Positions 36,264-39,586 of a stretch of 39,586 nucleotides of DNA are shown one piece after another. The DNA is from a virus (taxonomy: Duplodnaviria; Caudoviricetes), in the IMG/VR virus record IMGVR_UViG_3300020325_000030, positions 1 to 39,586 of that record. One strand, written 5' to 3'. A program made the position numbers and the translations under genes. The notes under the pieces were generated by a model that did not search any database, had not been told where the DNA came from, and was given only the letters and a program-made list of their open reading frames with translations. Every line of letters starts with the position of its first letter. Positions within the stretch are counted from its first letter, which is position 1.

Positions 36264-36287
36264 CAATTCACGAAGTGGCACATTACA

Positions 36288-36440
36288 TCACCACAACTCA
36301 ACTTCTTTGGTGGTAACATACACATTCTCATCACCTTCTAGACCTAGAATCTCATTCCAATCGTAAGATTCTAAGTCTAAATCATCATAACATTCTATGT
36401 CTAACGTAACACGAACTGTGCGCTTTGTGTGTGTTAACAT
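36288..36440 (-). CDS. Small acidic early protein (50 aa)
   Basis: Hand translation MLTHTKRTVRVTLDIECYDDLDLESYDWNEILGLEGDENVYVTTKEVELW; has its own promoter and terminator. Confidence 0.75.
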   Translation of the reverse strand: MLTHTKRTVRVTLDIECYDDLDLESYDWNEILGLEGDENVYVTTKEVELW

Positions 36441-36466
36441 GGCGTCGAGATGTGTATGTGTACTAC

Positions 36467-36495
36467 ATTATATCATGCATAATGCTTATACGCAA
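36467..36495 (-). promoter_or_regulatory. Strong sigma70-like promoter
   Basis: TTGCGT-N17-(TGa)TATAAT. Confidence 0.8.
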
Positions 36496-36655
36496 GCGCA
36501 TCATAATCTTGCGCGTCACGTGCATATTCCTCGTCGAGATCTTCATCTAGTTGTGATGCGTTCGCGAACGATTGCACCCATGCATCATATGTCTCGTCGA
36601 GATCATGTGCATAATCATGCGTGTATGTATAGTCGAGATCGTAATCGTCGTACAT
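36473..36655 (-). CDS. Asp/Tyr-rich small protein (60 aa)
   Basis: In the ORF track; GAGGA RBS and own promoter; its DLD(E) words are encoded by the DNA repeat. Confidence 0.65.
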   Translation of the reverse strand: MYDDYDLDYTYTHDYAHDLDETYDAWVQSFANASQLDEDLDEEYARDAQDYDALAYKHYA

Positions 36656-36678
36656 AATCCTCGTCGAGATTCTTGTGT

Positions 36679-36707
36679 ATTGTAGCAGATATATCGTCGA
36701 GATGCAA
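36679..36707 (-). promoter_or_regulatory. sigma70-like promoter containing a repeat copy
   Basis: TTGCAT-N17-(TGc)TACAAT; ATCTCGACGA overlaps the -35 box and spacer. Confidence 0.75.
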
Positions 36708-36764
36708 GTCTAGTCGAGATTGTATTCTCGTCTAGCTATAAGTCTCGTCGAGATTCATAACGTT

Positions 36765-36772
36765 TATTTATA
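36765..36772 (-). promoter_or_regulatory. T4-type late promoter TATAAATA within the repeat array
   Basis: Exact consensus flanked by two repeat copies. Confidence 0.55.
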
Positions 36773-36824
36773 AAACTCGTCGAGAAAATGTGTGGGTTCT
36801 CTGATTTTTCGCCGTCCCCGGGGG

Positions 36825-36853
36825 TTGACGAACTGCGCGTCTTATGATACGCT
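36825..36853 (+). promoter_or_regulatory. Plus-strand sigma70-like promoter firing into non-coding DNA
   Basis: TTGACG-N17-(TGa)TACGCT; no credible plus-strand gene downstream. Confidence 0.55.
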
Positions 36854-36985
36854 CGCTAAACTCACAACACCCAGGAGGTTTCTACACATAATAACCACGA
36901 AGTTACTCTGTAGATACTCCCCAGCAACTCCCCAGTTACTTTAACAATAAAAAAGCAGTTTTATATTTATTTGTATATTAAAAAC

Positions 36986-37180
36986 CTATTTTTTAATCTC
37001 TTTTGTATCAACGGATACACATTCTACTGGATTCCAATGCCTAACCACCCCAGACACAATGAAGGAGTTAGTAATCATATAACCCAACAAAATAAGGGTA
37101 CGAATAACAGCAACTGCATCTGCTTCTCTGTTACTCTTACCCTCTTTTGTACCTAATGCTTTACACCAAATCTTCCACAT
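36986..37180 (-). CDS. Small membrane protein
   Basis: MWKIWCKALG.K.G..N.EAD.VA.IRT followed by a hydrophobic helix. Confidence 0.75.
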   Translation of the reverse strand: MWKIWCKALGTKEGKSNREADAVAVIRTLILLGYMITNSFIVSGVVRHWNPVECVSVDTKEIKK

Positions 37181-37183
37181 TCA

Positions 37184-37834
37184 CTATGCCAATCCTTTCT
37201 TACTCTTCAATATATCTAATGGTTTCTTTGGTTTAGGATCTTGCAACTGTTTGTACTGGTAGAGTAACTTAGCATCCTTATGCTTATTCTCTTCCCTTAT
37301 AGGTCTCTCTGCAATCCCTTCTTTGTTTCTACCATAATCTAAAATATCCTTCTCAGTTTGTTGTGTCTTTCTATTCTTCTTTGCTTTCCCTACCTTCTTC
37401 ATTAAATCAGCAACTCTTGCTTTCTCACTATCAGACAATCCTGTCTCCCTATTAGTAATCGCTAAGGTATTACCTTTTCTCAATGAATCAATAACTTGGT
37501 TCGCTGCTCTCTCTAACCTAGGGTCAACCTTTTCCCTATCAGGTTTCTTAGCAGTAGGAACATTCTCTGTATTTGGTTTACTTACAGGAGTGTTTTCCCG
37601 TGCTCTACGTTGTGCCTCTGCTCTTCTATCTTCACGCGCTTGTCTTCTCTGTGCTTCTCCTGGTGTTAATCTTCCTCCCCTTTGTCTTGCCTTGAATCTA
37701 TCACTAGCATCAGACTTCATCATCCCCTTCAGGATATTAGCGCCCGCACCTAAAGCAGGTATTACATATGGCGCTGCTTTTAATGCAGGCAATGCTAACA
37801 CCGCTGCTTCATTGAACTTCTTATATGTCTTCAT
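37184..37834 (-). CDS. Basic late protein with T4 capsid-targeting-like N-terminus (putative internal head protein)
   Basis: Starts MKTYKKFNEA (compare T4 IPII/IPIII MKTYQEFIAE); K/R-rich; late-like CTAAATA at 37881-37887. Confidence 0.7.
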   Translation of the reverse strand: MKTYKKFNEAAVLALPALKAAPYVIPALGAGANILKGMMKSDASDRFKARQRGGRLTPGEAQRRQAREDRRAEAQRRARENTPVSKPNTENVPTAKKPDREKVDPRLERAANQVIDSLRKGNTLAITNRETGLSDSEKARVADLMKKVGKAKKNRKTQQTEKDILDYGRNKEGIAERPIREENKHKDAKLLYQYKQLQDPKPKKPLDILKSKKGLA

Positions 37835-37890
37835 AGGTGGAAAATTAGGGCGCTACCCAACTCGTAAGAAACCTCGGAAGTATTTAGAAA

Positions 37891-38250
37891 TTACTGAGGA
37901 TCTGAGTATCTACCTTCTTGAGACTTGTAAGAGTCAATGTCTACTGGATCTCTCCTATTCTTGATGTATTGGAGTTCTTCCCAATACTGAGGATAACAAA
38001 CAACTAAACAATGAATCTTCTTGTGCTTTTCATTCTTTGTGTACTCACACTTGGGTTTATCCTTTACAGAAACTTCAATCGTGATGTAATGCTCACTGTA
38101 GAAATAAACCCACCCTTCTGTAACTCTTCCTAGTGAATCAACCCACCTTACATAATCATCAACTCTAGGTGAATAAGAGTTGTTCAAGGGGGTTGAAGTT
38201 GAGTTGCATTGCTGTGTAGGGGGTGGTGTTACTGAAGTCAACTGGATCAC
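37891..38250 (-). CDS. Hypothetical protein
   Basis: In the ORF track; the real start may be the TTG at 38187, which shortens the overlap with the upstream gene. Confidence 0.75.
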   Translation of the reverse strand: MIQLTSVTPPPTQQCNSTSTPLNNSYSPRVDDYVRWVDSLGRVTEGWVYFYSEHYITIEVSVKDKPKCEYTKNEKHKKIHCLVVCYPQYWEELQYIKNRRDPVDIDSYKSQEGRYSDPQ

Positions 38251-38494
38251 CTACTTTGTTTGAATTGATTGGGGCGTAGTATTGTTGTTTCTTTGGATTG
38301 TAGAATCCCCAGATACAACGAACATCATTACCATCATTGTAAACAAACCCAGGGTTGCATACAGTCCAAATTGCAAGAATAGAAGCGTTCTTGCGAACGA
38401 CCTCGTATCTGTATCCTTTTGGTGCATCATGGTTGAACTCAATTTCTTTCAGGGACGGCACGGAGTCTGCTTGGATTCTTTTCATCATGATCAA
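38165..38494 (-). CDS. Hypothetical protein
   Basis: In the ORF track; F.H.APKGY.YE...IWGFY...YYAPIN...G...TTPYTAM; start uncertain. Confidence 0.8.
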   Translation of the reverse strand: MIMMKRIQADSVPSLKEIEFNHDAPKGYRYEVVRKNASILAIWTVCNPGFVYNDGNDVRCIWGFYNPKKQQYYAPINSNKVGDPVDFSNTTPYTAMQLNFNPLEQLLFT

Positions 38495-38612
38495 TCAACC
38501 ATTGTAGAGTTTCTTTTGTTTTCTCTTTATCCATTCCTTGGAAACGTTCATCAACCAATGTCCATCCACTGGTGCATAACTCTTCAATTCGATAAGTGCG
38601 TTCGTCAGTCAT
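38439..38612 (-). CDS. Small hypothetical protein (57 aa)
   Basis: Hand translation MTDERTYRIEELCTSGWTLVDERFQGMDKEKTKETLQWLIDHDEKNPSRLRAVPERN; ATGA coupling to the upstream stop. Confidence 0.75.
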   Translation of the reverse strand: MTDERTYRIEELCTSGWTLVDERFQGMDKEKTKETLQWLIDHDEKNPSRLRAVPERN

Positions 38613-38812
38613 TCTTCCACTACCTTGATTTTACATGGATTGTAATGTGGTGCTCCGTCAATACCACCGTGACTAATTAAATACTCTCTTCGTTCTTGTG
38701 CTGCTTGTTCATTTAATCCAGTTTCAACATCTGTCCAACGTGGGTCAGTTACATTAGGAACTCCATCATTGCAGTTCACATTGTTAGGTAAACTGATAAT
38801 TTTGTACGGCAT
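38609..38812 (-). CDS. Small hypothetical protein
   Basis: In the ORF track; AGGAG RBS. Confidence 0.75.
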   Translation of the reverse strand: MPYKIISLPNNVNCNDGVPNVTDPRWTDVETGLNEQAAQERREYLISHGGIDGAPHYNPCKIKVVEE

Positions 38813-38822
38813 TTAATTCTCC

Positions 38823-39056
38823 TTAAGTTGTAAAAGCGTCGATAATAGCAGACTCATACTCATCTACCAAAGCAAACTTTTGAGCCTTTAGTATATTAGG
38901 CATGATACGATCTTCATACCCAGGGTGATTTAATCCTTCTTCTTCAGCACACAATTCAAATGCTTCAGCGTCAGATCCAGCAATCAAGTTTACAACTCCA
39001 CCATATTCAGATTGTGGAAACGGCACCCAGTAATCAACAATGTAAAGTGTTTTCAT
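38823..39056 (-). CDS. Hypothetical protein (YIVDYWVPFP.SEYGG motif)
   Basis: In the ORF track; ATGA coupling. Confidence 0.8.
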   Translation of the reverse strand: MKTLYIVDYWVPFPQSEYGGVVNLIAGSDAEAFELCAEEEGLNHPGYEDRIMPNILKAQKFALVDEYESAIIDAFTT

Positions 39057-39238
39057 TCCTCTGTTTGAGTTGGTTTAATTTTATCAGCGATTGTGAGATT
39101 AGTCAACTGTCGCTCAAGTTCATAAAACACTGGGTTCAGGTGCATAAACATGTACTGTCTATACTCATTGTCTTTAATCAACTCAATGATGTTTTCAACT
39201 TGATACTTTGCTAGGATTAACTTTGTGATGTCATCCAT
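39053..39238 (-). CDS. Small hypothetical protein
   Basis: In the ORF track; tightly packed; C-terminal YELERQLTN. Confidence 0.75.
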   Translation of the reverse strand: MDDITKLILAKYQVENIIELIKDNEYRQYMFMHLNPVFYELERQLTNLTIADKIKPTQTEE

Positions 39239-39392
39239 GACGCAATCGGTCCTCGTACATTTTTATCTTATCCATCAATTTATAATGGTTGACGCTTGGG
39301 GCAATAGATTCGCGACCTTGAGCAATAGTATAAGAACTGGTAGAACGTAAAACATGATTCAAATACTTCAATTCTTCAGCATCAAAATTCAT
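39231..39392 (-). CDS. Small hypothetical protein (53 aa)
   Basis: Hand translation MNFDAEELKYLNHVLRSTSSYTIAQGRESIAPSVNHYKLMDKIKMYEDRLRHG; ATGA coupling; fills the gap. Confidence 0.7.
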   Translation of the reverse strand: MNFDAEELKYLNHVLRSTSSYTIAQGRESIAPSVNHYKLMDKIKMYEDRLRHG

Positions 39393-39574
39393 TGCACAAA
39401 CTCCTCCAAATAATAATCAACAGTCACTTCAAGTTCTGCTGCTTTACGCTCATAGAACTCATCCTTATATCTCTCCGCTTCTTTCCACTTTTGATGCGAA
39501 TCAATCTCCGTCTCTGCATGTTGCATGAAATCATCAAATGCTTTGATGAATTGCTCAATGTCTTGGTCGTTCAT
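39389..39574 (-). CDS. Small acidic hypothetical protein (AAELEVTVDYY motif)
   Basis: In the ORF track. Confidence 0.75.
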   Translation of the reverse strand: MNDQDIEQFIKAFDDFMQHAETEIDSHQKWKEAERYKDEFYERKAAELEVTVDYYLEEFVQ

Positions 39575-39586
39575 GTAAAGTTCAGA

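Larger units (their letters stand above)
36443..36788. repeat. Dispersed array of about 10 (C)TCGTCGAGA(T)-type motifs
   Basis: Copies near 36443, 36530, 36592, 36631, 36660, 36693, 36711, 36727 (variant), 36743 and 36776. The full form TCTCG-T-CGAGA is an inverted repeat with a 1-nt centre. Confidence 0.85.

Noticed and set aside
36443-36788. Repeat array as a CRISPR or mini-CRISPR
   Set aside because: Repeats are only 9-12 bp with irregular spacing (about 16-90 bp), and there are no cas genes.
38490-38530. Possible slippery A-run frameshift in the 57-aa ORF
   Set aside because: Careful translation reads through in frame to the TGA at 38439.

Overview
Segment of a T4-like marine cyanophage genome (Kyanoviridae-type myovirus); nearly all genes are on the minus strand. 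From right to left it contains: (i) small hypothetical ORFs and a late-promoter gene whose N-terminus resembles the T4 capsid-targeting sequence (36986-39574); (ii) a largely non-coding control region with about 10 copies of the palindrome-derived word (C)TCGTCGAGA(T), divergent sigma70-type promoters and an AT-rich tract, a candidate replication origin or operator array (36440-37000); (iii) a GC-rich early island of individually promoted genes, including a cyAbrB-N/ArdA-like fusion, an orphan PD-(D/E)XK restriction-endonuclease-like gene, small acidic proteins, a candidate structured sRNA and a recurring 20-bp palindrome upstream of the promoters (33550-36440); (iv) an AbrB/MazE-fold protein, a GT-A glycosyltransferase and three small ORFs; (v) the structural block gp25-gp6-gp7 (4288 aa)-gp8-DUF4815-like protein (2477 aa)-small ORFs (one NblA-like)-fibre-gp13-gp14-gp15-gp16; and (vi) an ORF of more than 537 codons, absent from the ORF track and running off the left edge, that reads as a polyprotein of small basic or Cys-containing modules separated by gp21-type (L/I/V)xE cleavage sites. 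All assignments come from reading motifs and gene order; no database searches were run.
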